Origin: Candidatus Omnitrophota bacterium
GTDB taxonomy: Bacteria; Omnitrophota; Gorgyraeia; Zapsychrales; Fredricksoniimonadaceae
Direction: 5' to 3'
DNA: 64,000 bases
Assembly: GCA_044225175.1 (NCBI GenBank)
Contig: JBGAJA010000002.1
Coordinates: 472,991-536,990 of the forward strand
Of this stretch, positions 15,832 to 26,472 are shown piece by piece (position 1 is the stretch's first letter; each line of letters starts with the position of its first letter). The translations under genes were made by a program, and so were the position numbers. The notes beneath the pieces are model-generated. The model was given only the letters and a program-made list of their open reading frames with translations, was not told where the DNA came from and searched no databases.

Positions 15832-17499
15832 GTGGCCTTCGCCGACCCTTCTGCCTATCTTGAAGCATCCCTGTCCCAGATGCCCCGCATTTTATCTTTG
15901 TTGGATCGTAATCCTTTTTCTAAAACGTATGGATGCTTTGACCGTGGCTATTGGTTTCATCGCACCAGTGACTTTCCGGCGTCTATTAATCAAATGGGGA
16001 CACACACGCTAGCCTTACTATGGAAACACCCCTTCGATGGTAAAAATCCTTATTACCATAACCCTAAGATACTCAATTGGTGTTTAGCTGCCGTTCGGTT
16101 TTGGATGAAATGCCAGCATAAGGATGGTTCTTTTGATGAGTGGTATCCCAATGAACGAGGGTGGGCAGGTCCGACGGGATACTTGGTCCATGCCATGGCC
16201 CAAACGTATTTCCTGCTTCATAAAGATGTCCCTCATGAATTTGGAGTAGAATTCAAGAAAGCCATTCATCAAGCAGGGAAATATTTGGCTTCTTATGATG
16301 AAGAATATGTATTAGCCAATCACCATGCCATTGCATTACTGCCCATTTATGAAGCGTATCTCATTACTGAAGATGCTCAATTATTAAAGGCTTTTGAACA
16401 CAAATTTAGTGAGTTTGAAACATATTGCCATCCTGAGGGCTGGGCTTTGGAATATGATGGGGTAGATATCGGATATTTAGCGGGCACCATCAGTTTTCTG
16501 ACTAGTTTATACAAACTCTGGCCTGATGAACGTATTGCTGGGATTGTTGAAAGGGCCGTTCAATTTACAAGCTATCATCTTTATCCCAATGGTCATTTTG
16601 GGGGATCTATGGGTAGCCGTCAAACCGTACATTTTTATCATTCGGGCTATGAATTTTGGTCCCACAAGATTCCAATGGCTGCAACCATGGCAGAAATGGC
16701 TTTACAATACTTAAATGATGGGCAATTAGTTCCTCCATCAACCCAGGAAGATCATTATGTGTTGTATAGGTTAAGTGAATATTTAGAAGCTTCTTTGGCC
16801 TATCAATTGCGTCCCATGTCCATGCCTCTTTTGCCGTGGCAAGACGAGCAGAATTTCACCAAATTCTTTAAAGGCTGTGGAGTCACAGTCCGTAAACAAG
16901 GTAACATCTATGCGGTCGCTAACTTGAATAAAGGTGGGGTTGTTAAGGCATTTGATATTAAGGAACGACGAATGATTGCCAATAATTCAGGTTGGATGGC
17001 ACGTTTGGAAAATGGACGGGTTGTGACCTCTCAATGGAATGACCCATCTTATCAAGTATCGGTCACAGATCATGAATCTTCGGTCAAAGGGAAGGCGAAC
17101 TTTGTTGTGGCCAAGGTTTTTACTCCTTTGAAGATGATCATCTTTAGAATATTTATGTTAATGTTTGGCTGGCATTCCGTCTTAGCGTATCAGATTAAGG
17201 CAGGAATTAGACGTCTGTTGATGGTAGGATCTAAACGTTCATGCGTCAATTTTGAGCGAAAGTTAATTTGGTCTAAGAAAGACCTTACAATTGAAGACCA
17301 AATTCAATTAGAAGGTAAGGGATCTATAGAGGCAGTCTACGTAGGGGATGAATTTCCTGTACGTTTTGTTCCGCAATCACGATATTTTCAGCTGTATGAA
17401 CTCACTGAGTATGGGCGTTTTTTGAGCAAAGAAGAAATAGCAAGTTTAAATACTCAGCGTACTTTGACAGTTACCCAAATCATACCTTTTTCAGGATAA
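15832..17499 (+). CDS. hypothetical 555-aa protein, possibly heparinase II/III-like (alpha/alpha-toroid polysaccharide lyase/epimerase fold)
   Basis: Aromatic-rich toroid-like N-half (GSFDEWYPNERGWAGPTGY, HFYHSGYEFW). Such proteins commonly sit next to AsnB-type amidotransferases in O-antigen loci. Weak, pattern-based call. Confidence 0.3.
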   Translation: MAFADPSAYLEASLSQMPRILSLLDRNPFSKTYGCFDRGYWFHRTSDFPASINQMGTHTLALLWKHPFDGKNPYYHNPKILNWCLAAVRFWMKCQHKDGSFDEWYPNERGWAGPTGYLVHAMAQTYFLLHKDVPHEFGVEFKKAIHQAGKYLASYDEEYVLANHHAIALLPIYEAYLITEDAQLLKAFEHKFSEFETYCHPEGWALEYDGVDIGYLAGTISFLTSLYKLWPDERIAGIVERAVQFTSYHLYPNGHFGGSMGSRQTVHFYHSGYEFWSHKIPMAATMAEMALQYLNDGQLVPPSTQEDHYVLYRLSEYLEASLAYQLRPMSMPLLPWQDEQNFTKFFKGCGVTVRKQGNIYAVANLNKGGVVKAFDIKERRMIANNSGWMARLENGRVVTSQWNDPSYQVSVTDHESSVKGKANFVVAKVFTPLKMIIFRIFMLMFGWHSVLAYQIKAGIRRLLMVGSKRSCVNFERKLIWSKKDLTIEDQIQLEGKGSIEAVYVGDEFPVRFVPQSRYFQLYELTEYGRFLSKEEIASLNTQRTLTVTQIIPFSG

Positions 17500-17506
17500 A
17501 AAATTT

Positions 17507-19435
17507 ATGTGTGGAATCCTAGGTCTCATGCATCTAGATAAGAGCTCGGTAGAAGAAAGAGCCTTAAGGGAATCTATGCGATGGATGCAGCACAGAGGCC
17601 CTGATGATAAGGGTGTCTTCTGTGACGGGCCTATAGGCCTGGCCCACCAGAGATTGTCTATCCTTGATCTGACCCAGGCAGGGCATCAGCCTATGATTTC
17701 AGCGGATGGGAATTGCGTGATTGTTTATAATGGAGAGTGTTATAACTTTCGCCAACTTCGAGAAGACTTACGTGGTAAAGGGTGCTCTTTTCGCTCTCAA
17801 AGTGACACAGAAGTTATTTTGCAAGGACTAGCTGTCTATGGCGTTGATTTTGCCAAACAAATGAATGGAATGTTTGCTTTGGCTGTTTGGTTTAAAGATA
17901 AGCGTCAACTATTGCTCTTAAGAGATCGTCTGGGAATTAAACCTCTTTATTATTACCAAGACCAACAACGTTTCTGTTTTGCTTCTGAAATCAAACCTTT
18001 ATTGGCCTTAGGTGTGAAGGCCCAGCTTCAAGAGTCTGCAGTGAATTCTTTTTTTACGTTGCGCTATGTTCCAGGCGAAGAAACCCTGTTTAAAGACATT
18101 CATAAATTAGCTCCTGGCCATTTTTTGACAATAGATCTAAATGGGAAATCCCAAGAAGGTGTGTATTGGGACTTATTGTCCCAGGATAGTTTGTATCCTT
18201 ACAGCATGAAAGAGGCCCAAGATAAGTTCGATAGCCTTTTAGATGATTCCATAGCCTCCCAACAAATGGCTGATGTCGAAGTAGGGGCTTTCTTGTCAGG
18301 TGGAATTGATTCGAGTGCTATTGTTGCTTTAATGAAAAGAAATAGCCCCAAAGTGCAAACATTTACATTTGGTATGGGTGCAGACATCGACGAGACAGCA
18401 CGCGCTACGGAAGTTGCCAAAGGATTAGGGGTCAATCAGACGATCATTAAATTGCGTCCTGATGATTATCGTTTTTATGAGAAAGCTGTGTGGCATTTGG
18501 AGGAGCCCATTGGGGACTCGATCATTGTTCCGACCTATTTACTGGCCCAACAAGCGGCGCAGCATGTAAAGGTGGTTTTATTGGGAGAAGGCGCTGATGA
18601 AATTATGGGGGGCTACGTCCATCAAGGAGCCATGACCTATGCCCATATGCTTAAGAGCTGTATAGGTTCTAAATTGATGTCCATGGGAGGACGCATGGCT
18701 GGCAATTTACCACAATCTGTCTGGGAAAGGTTCTTTCCATATCCTGCTCGTATGGGTAAAAGCGGTATGTCTAAAGTCATGGACTATTTACGAGTGATGG
18801 ATAAGCCAGCTAAGGCCTATTTAGCATTAGCGGGCGTGTTTTCCTCGTCTCAAACACAGGGTTTATTAAACAAAGAGATATGGAATGCTGATCAAAGTCT
18901 TGAAGGACGTTTTGATGCCATGTTATCTGGCAGTAGAAATCCAGATTTTCAAAATCGTTTGTTGCAATTAGACTTAAGGTATTGGAATGCAGATTACACC
19001 CTTTTACGTATGGATAAATTAACTATGGCGCATTCTCTGGAGGCTCGAGTACCTTATTTGGACCATCGTTTGGTGGAATTATGTGTGCGACTTCCTCGTA
19101 AATACAAAATGACATTTTCCCAACAAAAAGGTCTGTTGCGCCGTTCCATGGGACGTCGAGGACTATTGCCTAAGGAAATCGTCAAGGCCCCTAAGAAAGC
19201 GTTCTATTTACCCATCGAGAAGTGTTTTGATAAGAATTTTGAGTCATATGTGAGAGATGTTCTGACTTCTCAGCGCTGCAAATCCAGAGGGTTCTTTAAG
19301 CCAGAGGCTTTAGATAAGTATTGGGACCGCAGTCAAAGAGAATTGGTGGGGCATAAACAGATCATGCTTTTATTCATTTTTGAATTATGGGCACGTTTAT
19401 ATTTGGATGGCCAATGGAAAGGATCAAATAACTGA
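17507..19435 (+). CDS. asnB: asparagine synthetase (glutamine-hydrolysing) family amidotransferase, WbpS-like
   Basis: MCGI N-terminal Cys nucleophile (Ntn glutaminase), SGGIDSS PP-loop, overall AsnB length and layout. Confidence 0.85.
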   Translation: MCGILGLMHLDKSSVEERALRESMRWMQHRGPDDKGVFCDGPIGLAHQRLSILDLTQAGHQPMISADGNCVIVYNGECYNFRQLREDLRGKGCSFRSQSDTEVILQGLAVYGVDFAKQMNGMFALAVWFKDKRQLLLLRDRLGIKPLYYYQDQQRFCFASEIKPLLALGVKAQLQESAVNSFFTLRYVPGEETLFKDIHKLAPGHFLTIDLNGKSQEGVYWDLLSQDSLYPYSMKEAQDKFDSLLDDSIASQQMADVEVGAFLSGGIDSSAIVALMKRNSPKVQTFTFGMGADIDETARATEVAKGLGVNQTIIKLRPDDYRFYEKAVWHLEEPIGDSIIVPTYLLAQQAAQHVKVVLLGEGADEIMGGYVHQGAMTYAHMLKSCIGSKLMSMGGRMAGNLPQSVWERFFPYPARMGKSGMSKVMDYLRVMDKPAKAYLALAGVFSSSQTQGLLNKEIWNADQSLEGRFDAMLSGSRNPDFQNRLLQLDLRYWNADYTLLRMDKLTMAHSLEARVPYLDHRLVELCVRLPRKYKMTFSQQKGLLRRSMGRRGLLPKEIVKAPKKAFYLPIEKCFDKNFESYVRDVLTSQRCKSRGFFKPEALDKYWDRSQRELVGHKQIMLLFIFELWARLYLDGQWKGSNN

Positions 19436-21492
19436 TGATTGTTCTTACGATTCTTTATGTTTTTTTTATATCTGTTGGAATCATAGGTGTGGGCTATTTT
19501 CTATGGAAGAAGATAAGGCAGAAGGCTGATTCTTCCTCGGAAAGTTCATACAAGGAACATTTCTTTTTAACACTAAGCATTGCATGGCTTCTGGGCTATT
19601 TTGCCTATGAAGGATTGTTATATCTTTTGGCCGTAAGTCATATGTTTTATGCTCCTGTTGTGATTGCTTTGGGTGTTTTGCTGAGTTTCTTGGGATGGGG
19701 GCAGGTAGTTGGGGGATTAAAGATCAGCAGCATCAAAAGAATTGATTCTCATCCATTAGAGCTAATTATGCTAGCTGGCATGTTAGTTTTTGTTTTTTTC
19801 TGGAATTTGTACCCTACATTCGATGTGGATTCTCTCTCTAATTATTTTCCAGTTTTACAAATATTTTTGGAGAATCATGGGGTTTATTTCAGTCACTACA
19901 ACGATGTGCGTTTCGCCTTTCCTTTAGGGGAAAACATGATGAGTGTCTTAGGTTTTGCATGGTGGAGAGACTCCACTTTCTTTGCGCAACTGATGCAAGG
20001 TTTCTCAAAGATAATGTTTTTGGCAGGTTTATATGGTGCTGGGCGATCCTTAGGATTGGGGACGCTTTCTCTCATCGTTCCTGCTTTAGTCGTGTCCGAA
20101 GAGCATTTTATTGCTTCTGGTGCTAATCAATTTGTGCATATCAATGTTATTCTGACTCATGCGGTGTGCTTTTTATTCTATGGATTGATCGTTTTCTGTG
20201 AGCAGAAAAAAAGATCTTATTTGCTTCTAGCCATGGCAGCTTTAGGTATTTCATTATTATGTAAGTATATTGGACTTGTGTATTTAATTATTTTTGGTGG
20301 TGTTATAGGAATGTTAATGTTCTTACGAGAAGACATATGCCAAGATTTAGGAAATTTTTTAAAAACCAGATTTCATTTTCTTGTAGGGTTTATTCTTGTT
20401 GTGGGAAGTGTCACGATCATTCCATATGTACTTAATTGGTTATGGAGTGGTACCCCAATATTTCCCATTAGCGTCGGACCACTACACTCATCTTTTTATG
20501 ATGCCCATATTCGCGAATTGGGAAGCCTATGGCATTATCATTTGAGTTTATCGGAAGCTTTTAAGAATTTTAGTGCCTTTATGGTGTGGCCAGGAATGTT
20601 GCCTTCAAAGATTCTTGTGCCGTTGGCTTTTGGAGCAGGTATTTTACAGTTTCTATTATTCAAGCGTCCTAGTCGTTTGTTTGGGTATGCAATGGCTTTC
20701 TTTGTCCTTTCTATGCTGATGGTTATCCTGCAGGAATGGTATATTGTATATGAAATGCGTTATTATCGTTTTGGTATTGGTATTTATGCGTTGAGCTGTG
20801 CTTTATTTATTGGCTTCATTGGGGATACTATTGTAGAACGCCTGCCTTTTTTAAGGCGAGCTTATAAAATCCTAGGCTTACTGTTGAGTTTCTTAGTCAT
20901 TATTTATTGCGTTCGTGATTCATTTGATGTCATGGGAAATGCTCGGCCTTCTAAAGGAGATATTGTTGCTTTCTTAACTTCTAAACATACAGAACCAGAG
21001 ATTTTTAAAGAAAGATATGAAGGTTCTCAAAAGGTTTTTGAACAATTTCGAAAATTAAATTTACCTGAAGATAAAGTTGGTTTATTCATTCCTGTTAGCT
21101 GGCCTCAAACTATTTATCCTTTAAGAGGAAAGACGCTATCTTTCTTTAAATCTTCAGCTTTTCCGACATATGCCTATTTCGATCAATATGCCATGGCAAA
21201 GGAGCTTATGAATTTGAAGATTCAGTATGTTGTTGATTTAGTTTCTGATACATTAAATCCTTGGCAACAGGGTATTTGGGGAGTGTTTAATCATTGCGGC
21301 AAACCTTTGCTTAAGGGAAGCCGGGAATTTCTTGAGTTGTCCCCTTCATGTTTGGAGGATTTAGCTTCACGTAGTAATGAAGAGGTCGCCAGAAATAAAG
21401 TAGAAGATACTTTGTCAAAATTAAGAAATAAAGAAAAATATAATCCGTTTCAAAAGCCGGAATATGGTGGCTTTGGAGGTTTTATTAAATAA
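19435..21492 (+). CDS. polytopic membrane protein (685 aa, ~12 TM plus C-terminal soluble domain); putative GT-C-type glycosyltransferase/polymerase, function unknown
   Basis: Hydrophobicity pattern only. Confidence 0.4.
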   Translation: MIVLTILYVFFISVGIIGVGYFLWKKIRQKADSSSESSYKEHFFLTLSIAWLLGYFAYEGLLYLLAVSHMFYAPVVIALGVLLSFLGWGQVVGGLKISSIKRIDSHPLELIMLAGMLVFVFFWNLYPTFDVDSLSNYFPVLQIFLENHGVYFSHYNDVRFAFPLGENMMSVLGFAWWRDSTFFAQLMQGFSKIMFLAGLYGAGRSLGLGTLSLIVPALVVSEEHFIASGANQFVHINVILTHAVCFLFYGLIVFCEQKKRSYLLLAMAALGISLLCKYIGLVYLIIFGGVIGMLMFLREDICQDLGNFLKTRFHFLVGFILVVGSVTIIPYVLNWLWSGTPIFPISVGPLHSSFYDAHIRELGSLWHYHLSLSEAFKNFSAFMVWPGMLPSKILVPLAFGAGILQFLLFKRPSRLFGYAMAFFVLSMLMVILQEWYIVYEMRYYRFGIGIYALSCALFIGFIGDTIVERLPFLRRAYKILGLLLSFLVIIYCVRDSFDVMGNARPSKGDIVAFLTSKHTEPEIFKERYEGSQKVFEQFRKLNLPEDKVGLFIPVSWPQTIYPLRGKTLSFFKSSAFPTYAYFDQYAMAKELMNLKIQYVVDLVSDTLNPWQQGIWGVFNHCGKPLLKGSREFLELSPSCLEDLASRSNEEVARNKVEDTLSKLRNKEKYNPFQKPEYGGFGGFIK

Positions 21493-21500
21493 AGGATTTT

Positions 21501-22823
21501 ATGAAAATAAATGTATTTGGTTTGGGTTATGTGGGAAATGTCACAGCATTAAGCTTGACAGCCATGGGCCATGATGTGACAGGTATTGAGGTTGTTAAAG
21601 AAAAAGTTAAGCTCATTCAGAATGGTAAGCTTCCTATCTATGAACCAGGATTGGAAGATCTTTTACATAAAGCCCTTGCAGGAAAACTTGAAGGACGTTT
21701 TCGTGTTCAATCAGAGCTTCCTCATAATTTTCAATCTTCGGATGGATCTTTAGTTTGTGTTGGAACCCCGTCTTTGAATTCAGGACAGGTTGATTTAAGC
21801 CAAATTGAACAGACTGTACGTGCTATCGGAAAATCTTTAAAGAATACAAAAAGACGCCATGAGGTCATTATTCGAAGCACTATTCCTCCTGGAACGATGG
21901 AGGAGATGGTGATTCCTTTATTAGAATCTGAAAGCAAACGTAAGGCAGGCAAGGATTTTGGGGTTGGTTTTTACCCAGAATTTCTACGTGAAGGAACTAG
22001 TTTGGCTGATTTTTCACAGCCTAGCTTGAACGTGATTGGCTGTTTAAATGATCAAACACTGAATTTTATCAAGAATGTTTTTATCGTTAACAAAGAAGCT
22101 GTCAGTACTGAGATTCGCACAGCAGAAATGATTAAATATGTTAATAATAGTTTTCATGCTCTAAAAGTAGCTTTTGCCAATGAAGTCGGCACTTTATGCC
22201 GTGCCTATGGGGTCAATACAGATGAATTGATTCAGGTTTTTTTAAGCGATAAAGTCTTAAACATTTCTCCTTATTATTTGCGTCCAGGATTTGCTTTTGG
22301 AGGGGCTTGTCTGCCTAAAGAAGTAAGAGCCACAAGTGAGCTTTTTCTAAAAAAAGGTATTAAAGCGCATTTGATTCATTCCATCATTCCAAGTAATGAA
22401 GAACATATTAATCGTGTGGTATCTTTGATTCAAAATCAAAACGTGACTAAGGTTGCATTCTTAGGGGTTAGTTTTAAGCCCGATACCGATGATATTCGTG
22501 AAAGCTCTTTGCTGAAAATTGTCGGTGCTCTTTTGCATTTACCTTCCTATAAGAAGAAGTTGAGCATTACGATCTGTGATCGTGCCTCCGTCATATCAAA
22601 GGTTAAAAAAGAGTTTGTTTCTAATCAAATTGATTATCAAATAAATGTATCGAAAGTTTTGTCGTCCAAACAAATGATTATTTTGGGATCTTATCGTCTA
22701 CAACCCAAAGAAATCCTAAAGTTGAAGAAATATAAAGGTATTATTGTGGATTTGAAATGGTTCAACATGCCAGAAGAAATAAAGTCCCTAAAAGGGTATT
22801 GCTCTATTGTTAACTCCAAGTAA
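21501..22823 (+). CDS. UDP-glucose/GDP-mannose dehydrogenase family nucleotide-sugar dehydrogenase
   Basis: N-terminal GLGYVGN Rossmann motif; catalytic GFAFGGACLPKE Cys motif. Confidence 0.8.
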   Translation: MKINVFGLGYVGNVTALSLTAMGHDVTGIEVVKEKVKLIQNGKLPIYEPGLEDLLHKALAGKLEGRFRVQSELPHNFQSSDGSLVCVGTPSLNSGQVDLSQIEQTVRAIGKSLKNTKRRHEVIIRSTIPPGTMEEMVIPLLESESKRKAGKDFGVGFYPEFLREGTSLADFSQPSLNVIGCLNDQTLNFIKNVFIVNKEAVSTEIRTAEMIKYVNNSFHALKVAFANEVGTLCRAYGVNTDELIQVFLSDKVLNISPYYLRPGFAFGGACLPKEVRATSELFLKKGIKAHLIHSIIPSNEEHINRVVSLIQNQNVTKVAFLGVSFKPDTDDIRESSLLKIVGALLHLPSYKKKLSITICDRASVISKVKKEFVSNQIDYQINVSKVLSSKQMIILGSYRLQPKEILKLKKYKGIIVDLKWFNMPEEIKSLKGYCSIVNSK

Positions 22824-22840
22824 ATAGGTTAAGATTTGGT

Positions 22841-24418
22841 ATGAGTTTTTTCCGTCCAAAATGTTTTAAAAATAATGTTGTCACTCGAGTTCCTAAAAAG
22901 AAACGTGCTGACTGTGTCCTAGTTTACCCCATTTGGGTTACAGCTACGGGACGGGGAAGCTTGCAGCGTATGCTTCCACCTTTGGGAATCCTTTCTATTG
23001 CTTCTTATTTAGAGCTTCACGGTTTTGAAGTGCATGTGATAGATTTGCATGCTGAAAAAATCACCCCCTCACAATTTCGATCTATGATACGTTCATTAAA
23101 GCCGAGATTTGTGGGTATTACAGTATTAAGCAGCCATTTTATTCCTGCCAATCATGTGGCTACCATTTGTAAAGAAGAAGTTCCTGATAGTAAAGTGTTT
23201 GTCGGAGGAGTTCATGCCGAGGCGCATCCTGAACAGATGCTTCAAAATCCTCACATTGATGCAGTAGGACGTGGGGACGGGGAAGATATTATGCTTGAAC
23301 TCGTGAAAGAAGTTCCTTATAAAGACATTTTGGGGCTTTCCTACCGAGGAGAAAATAATCAAGTGATACACAATGCTCCACGCCCCGTGGAGATGGATTT
23401 AGATCGGTATCCTTTTCCTGCCTATAACTTGATTAATTTTGATAATTATTTTCCTGCGGTGGGTACGTACAGAGATTTACCGGCTCTCAATGCTCTTATG
23501 ACTAGAGGGTGCCCTGGTAAATGTACATTTTGTAATTCAGCCAAAACAACTTTACGCGGCCGTTCTGTTGAGAGAATGATTGAGTTAATTAAAAAGCTTC
23601 GTTATGAATACGGCATCCGACAAATCACTTTTTATGATGACACCTTTACGGCTGATGTCAGAAATGTCCGTAAGTTTTGCGAGCAAATGATTGAACAGAA
23701 AATTGATATTAAATTTGTTTGTTATGTGCGTGGAGATATGTTTAATGATTCCATGGCTGAACTTCTATCGAGAGCTGGATGTCATCATGTTCTTTTAGGA
23801 ATTGAATCAGGCAGTAAAACATTGCGTGAAAAGATCAAGAAGCCGATCAAAGAAGAAATTTATTTTCAAGTCGTTAAGACGGCCCACAAGTATGGAATTG
23901 AAGTGCGCGGCGCATTTATTATCGGCCATATTGAAGAGACTAAAGAAACGCTCAAAGAAACGCTTCAGTTTGCCATGGATTTAGGACTGGATTTCTTTCA
24001 GCCCAGTATTATGACACCTTATCCTGGAACCCAACTTTTCCAACAAGCTAAAGCTGAAAATCTTTTGCGCCATGAAAATTATGATTTATATGGGCAAGGG
24101 CAACCGGTCCTTAAAATGAAATATTTAAGCGATAAAGAGCTGATGAGTTTCCAAACATACTCTTTTTATAGGTTTTATTTCCGTCCCAAAGCCATCTGGC
24201 AGCAAATTAAGCGGATGAAGAATTTGTATCATGCAGTAGATCTTTTTAAGGCTTTTTATATTATTCTGATCGAAGGTATTTCCAGTCAGGCAACCAGCAA
24301 TAATCTTAATGGTTGGCTGGATTTTGATTTTGAAGCTATTAAGAATAATAATATTAAAATTCCTCAAACTCCCAAATTGACCTATGAAGTTCGTCAGGAA
24401 ATAGTGATGTCTTCCTAA
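22841..24418 (+). CDS. B12-binding-domain radical SAM enzyme (class B; likely C-methyltransferase or similar)
   Basis: N-terminal cobalamin-binding-like domain. CPGKCTFC = CX3CX2C radical-SAM cluster motif. Confidence 0.75.
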   Translation: MSFFRPKCFKNNVVTRVPKKKRADCVLVYPIWVTATGRGSLQRMLPPLGILSIASYLELHGFEVHVIDLHAEKITPSQFRSMIRSLKPRFVGITVLSSHFIPANHVATICKEEVPDSKVFVGGVHAEAHPEQMLQNPHIDAVGRGDGEDIMLELVKEVPYKDILGLSYRGENNQVIHNAPRPVEMDLDRYPFPAYNLINFDNYFPAVGTYRDLPALNALMTRGCPGKCTFCNSAKTTLRGRSVERMIELIKKLRYEYGIRQITFYDDTFTADVRNVRKFCEQMIEQKIDIKFVCYVRGDMFNDSMAELLSRAGCHHVLLGIESGSKTLREKIKKPIKEEIYFQVVKTAHKYGIEVRGAFIIGHIEETKETLKETLQFAMDLGLDFFQPSIMTPYPGTQLFQQAKAENLLRHENYDLYGQGQPVLKMKYLSDKELMSFQTYSFYRFYFRPKAIWQQIKRMKNLYHAVDLFKAFYIILIEGISSQATSNNLNGWLDFDFEAIKNNNIKIPQTPKLTYEVRQEIVMSS

Positions 24419-24436
24419 AAACACAGTTAGATAAAA

Positions 24437-25693
24437 ATGTTAAGCATTCTTATCCTATCCATCCTTTTTGTTATTTGTATTGTCATTGTAGGATTAACTA
24501 AATCCAACTGGCCGCGATATGCAGCTATGTCACTTTTGGTGTTATTAGTTATTGAGATTGTGACATATATAATTTTTCTATTGCAAATTCTTAAAGGGGA
24601 TTGTTTTTTATTAATTGGTAATCAAAAAGTCCTTGATGAAATAGCGAAAGCCCGTTTGAGTTATGCTATTTATTTTTCTCAGGGTAAAAAGTCCTTTGTG
24701 TATCAAATTGATCACCGTTTGGGATATACAATCGGCCAGTCAAAAGCTACAGGGACATATCAAAGCAATGCCCAAGGTTTTAGGGCCAATCGAAATTACA
24801 CACTTCTTCCATCTAAAAACACTTTGCGTATAGCTACATTTGGAGATTCATTCGTTTTTTGTGATGATGAAGTCAATGAGGATAGTTGGCCATATATCTT
24901 GGAACATTCTGTAGATAATTTGGAGGTCTTAAATTTTGGTGTTTCCGGGTATGGTTTATCCCAGAGCTACTTAAGATATTTGCAAGACGGATTACGTTAT
25001 AATCCGGACATTATCTTCATCAACTATGTTCTTACAGGTAATCGGGATCAAATCGATCAGAAAAATTTTGTTAATCCCAATAATTTACGCCAAGCTCATT
25101 TCTATCGTCCTAAGTTATCACTCGATGCAGATATTTTATTGGCAGAGGGGATTAAACCGTATGATCTTTTTGATCCAAACTTCAGAGATGAATATATTCT
25201 AAAGTCTTTGAGGCCAGAATTGAGGTCTCTTTGGTTAAATACGACTATTTCTAAAACCAATATCGGTCTGTTCTTGAAGCAATTCATTTTAAAGAAGTGC
25301 CTTTTGAAAGATCAGAAGTTGAATCAAAAAGAGTTAGATCCACGGATCAATTTTGTGATTTTAAAAGATTTGATTGAGCTGGCAGGACATAACCACACAT
25401 TTGTCATATTCTTTTGTTCTGAGAAATTTGAATCGTTGCCTATAGACATTCAGAATCTGTTGAAGAAATATTCAAACAATGTCATGTATGTCGATTCGAC
25501 TTCTGCGATGAATAAAGTTTCCCAAGAACATCATGTGACTGAGAATATTCGCAACAAATCAAGTCATTATAATAGAAAAGGAAATGAATTGTACGCTGAA
25601 GCTGTTTTAAAAGTACTTAAAAGTCGATCATGGGGATCTAATGATCGAAAGATTCATTTTGAATCTAACAACAATAGATTTGTTCAAGAATAA
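24437..25693 (+). CDS. membrane-anchored SGNH/GDSL-like hydrolase or acyltransferase (AlgX/AlgJ-like?)
   Basis: N-terminal TM helices; ATFGDSFV (GDS block I); SHYNRKGNELYA near the C-terminus resembles the DxxH block. Tentative. Confidence 0.35.
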   Translation: MLSILILSILFVICIVIVGLTKSNWPRYAAMSLLVLLVIEIVTYIIFLLQILKGDCFLLIGNQKVLDEIAKARLSYAIYFSQGKKSFVYQIDHRLGYTIGQSKATGTYQSNAQGFRANRNYTLLPSKNTLRIATFGDSFVFCDDEVNEDSWPYILEHSVDNLEVLNFGVSGYGLSQSYLRYLQDGLRYNPDIIFINYVLTGNRDQIDQKNFVNPNNLRQAHFYRPKLSLDADILLAEGIKPYDLFDPNFRDEYILKSLRPELRSLWLNTTISKTNIGLFLKQFILKKCLLKDQKLNQKELDPRINFVILKDLIELAGHNHTFVIFFCSEKFESLPIDIQNLLKKYSNNVMYVDSTSAMNKVSQEHHVTENIRNKSSHYNRKGNELYAEAVLKVLKSRSWGSNDRKIHFESNNNRFVQE

Positions 25694-25731
25694 TTATTGA
25701 CTAAGGACAATGTTTATTTAGAATACCCACC

Positions 25732-26226
25732 ATGTTAGCTTTATTTATTATCACAATTGGAATTCTTTCCCGCATTGTTCTTCACACCCCTAACTTTACC
25801 CCTGTATTGGCACTTGTTCTTTTTGGCGGTATGTATCTTAAAGGCCGTCAAGCTTTGTGGGTACCTCTCATTCTTATGGTGATTAGTGATGTAATCATAG
25901 GGTTTCATGATTCTATGGTCTATACATGGGGAAGTATTGTGATCATTAGCCTTTTAGGTATGTGGCTTAAGAGTCATAAAAACTTGGGCAATGTTTTAGG
26001 GGTAAGTGTTATTTCTTCTATCGTATTCTTTCTAATTTCAAATTTTGGGGCTTTTTTAAGCTTGTATCCACACACCTTATCCGGTTTGCAAGAATGTTAT
26101 ATTGCAGCCATTCCTTTTTATAGAAGCACATTAGTTTCAACAGTAGGTTATAGTTTGGTTTTATATTCTGTCTGGGAATTCCTATTATCTAGACGAGAAA
26201 ATCCGCTCTTAACTAAATTTTTGTAA
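25732..26226 (+). CDS. small 5-TM membrane protein with HTPNFTP motif (transporter substrate-capture-component-like), function unknown
   Basis: Hydrophobicity. The HxPNFTP N-terminal motif is reminiscent of small vitamin-transporter membrane components. Confidence 0.35.
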   Translation: MLALFIITIGILSRIVLHTPNFTPVLALVLFGGMYLKGRQALWVPLILMVISDVIIGFHDSMVYTWGSIVIISLLGMWLKSHKNLGNVLGVSVISSIVFFLISNFGAFLSLYPHTLSGLQECYIAAIPFYRSTLVSTVGYSLVLYSVWEFLLSRRENPLLTKFL

Positions 26227-26231
26227 AACAG

Positions 26232-26400
26232 TATATTTATCAGGGAAACTCTGGTGCGATTCCAGGACAGTCCCGCTGCGGTTGAGTCCGAATGCCTGAT
26301 AGATATTTCATAGCACTCCGCCTACGAGAGAATAGGTTGTTGATGCGCATATATTGAGTAGCCTGCCTGCAGGCTGTGTCAGGGAACACCTCAATCTATC
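26232..26400 (+). promoter_or_regulatory. cobalamin (B12) riboswitch aptamer upstream of the TonB-dependent receptor
   Basis: GGGAAACTCTGGTGCGATTCCAGGACAGTCCCGCTGCGGTTGAG matches the conserved core (GGUGnnAnUCC...CnGnCCCGC...GU). A B12-box-like GTCAGGGAACACC lies 3'. Classic position in front of a BtuB-like receptor. Confidence 0.7.
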
Positions 26401-26436
26401 CTGCGAAGCTAAACGCGAAAGCTTTTTAGCGAAGCA
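26401..26436. repeat. right (inverted) copy of the 36-bp element
   Basis: Exact reverse complement of 11257-11292. Lies between the riboswitch aptamer and the receptor RBS (AAGGAG at 26463). Confidence 0.9.
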
Positions 26437-26472
26437 TGATCGGTTGGGGATTTTTTATTTTAAGGAGCACGT

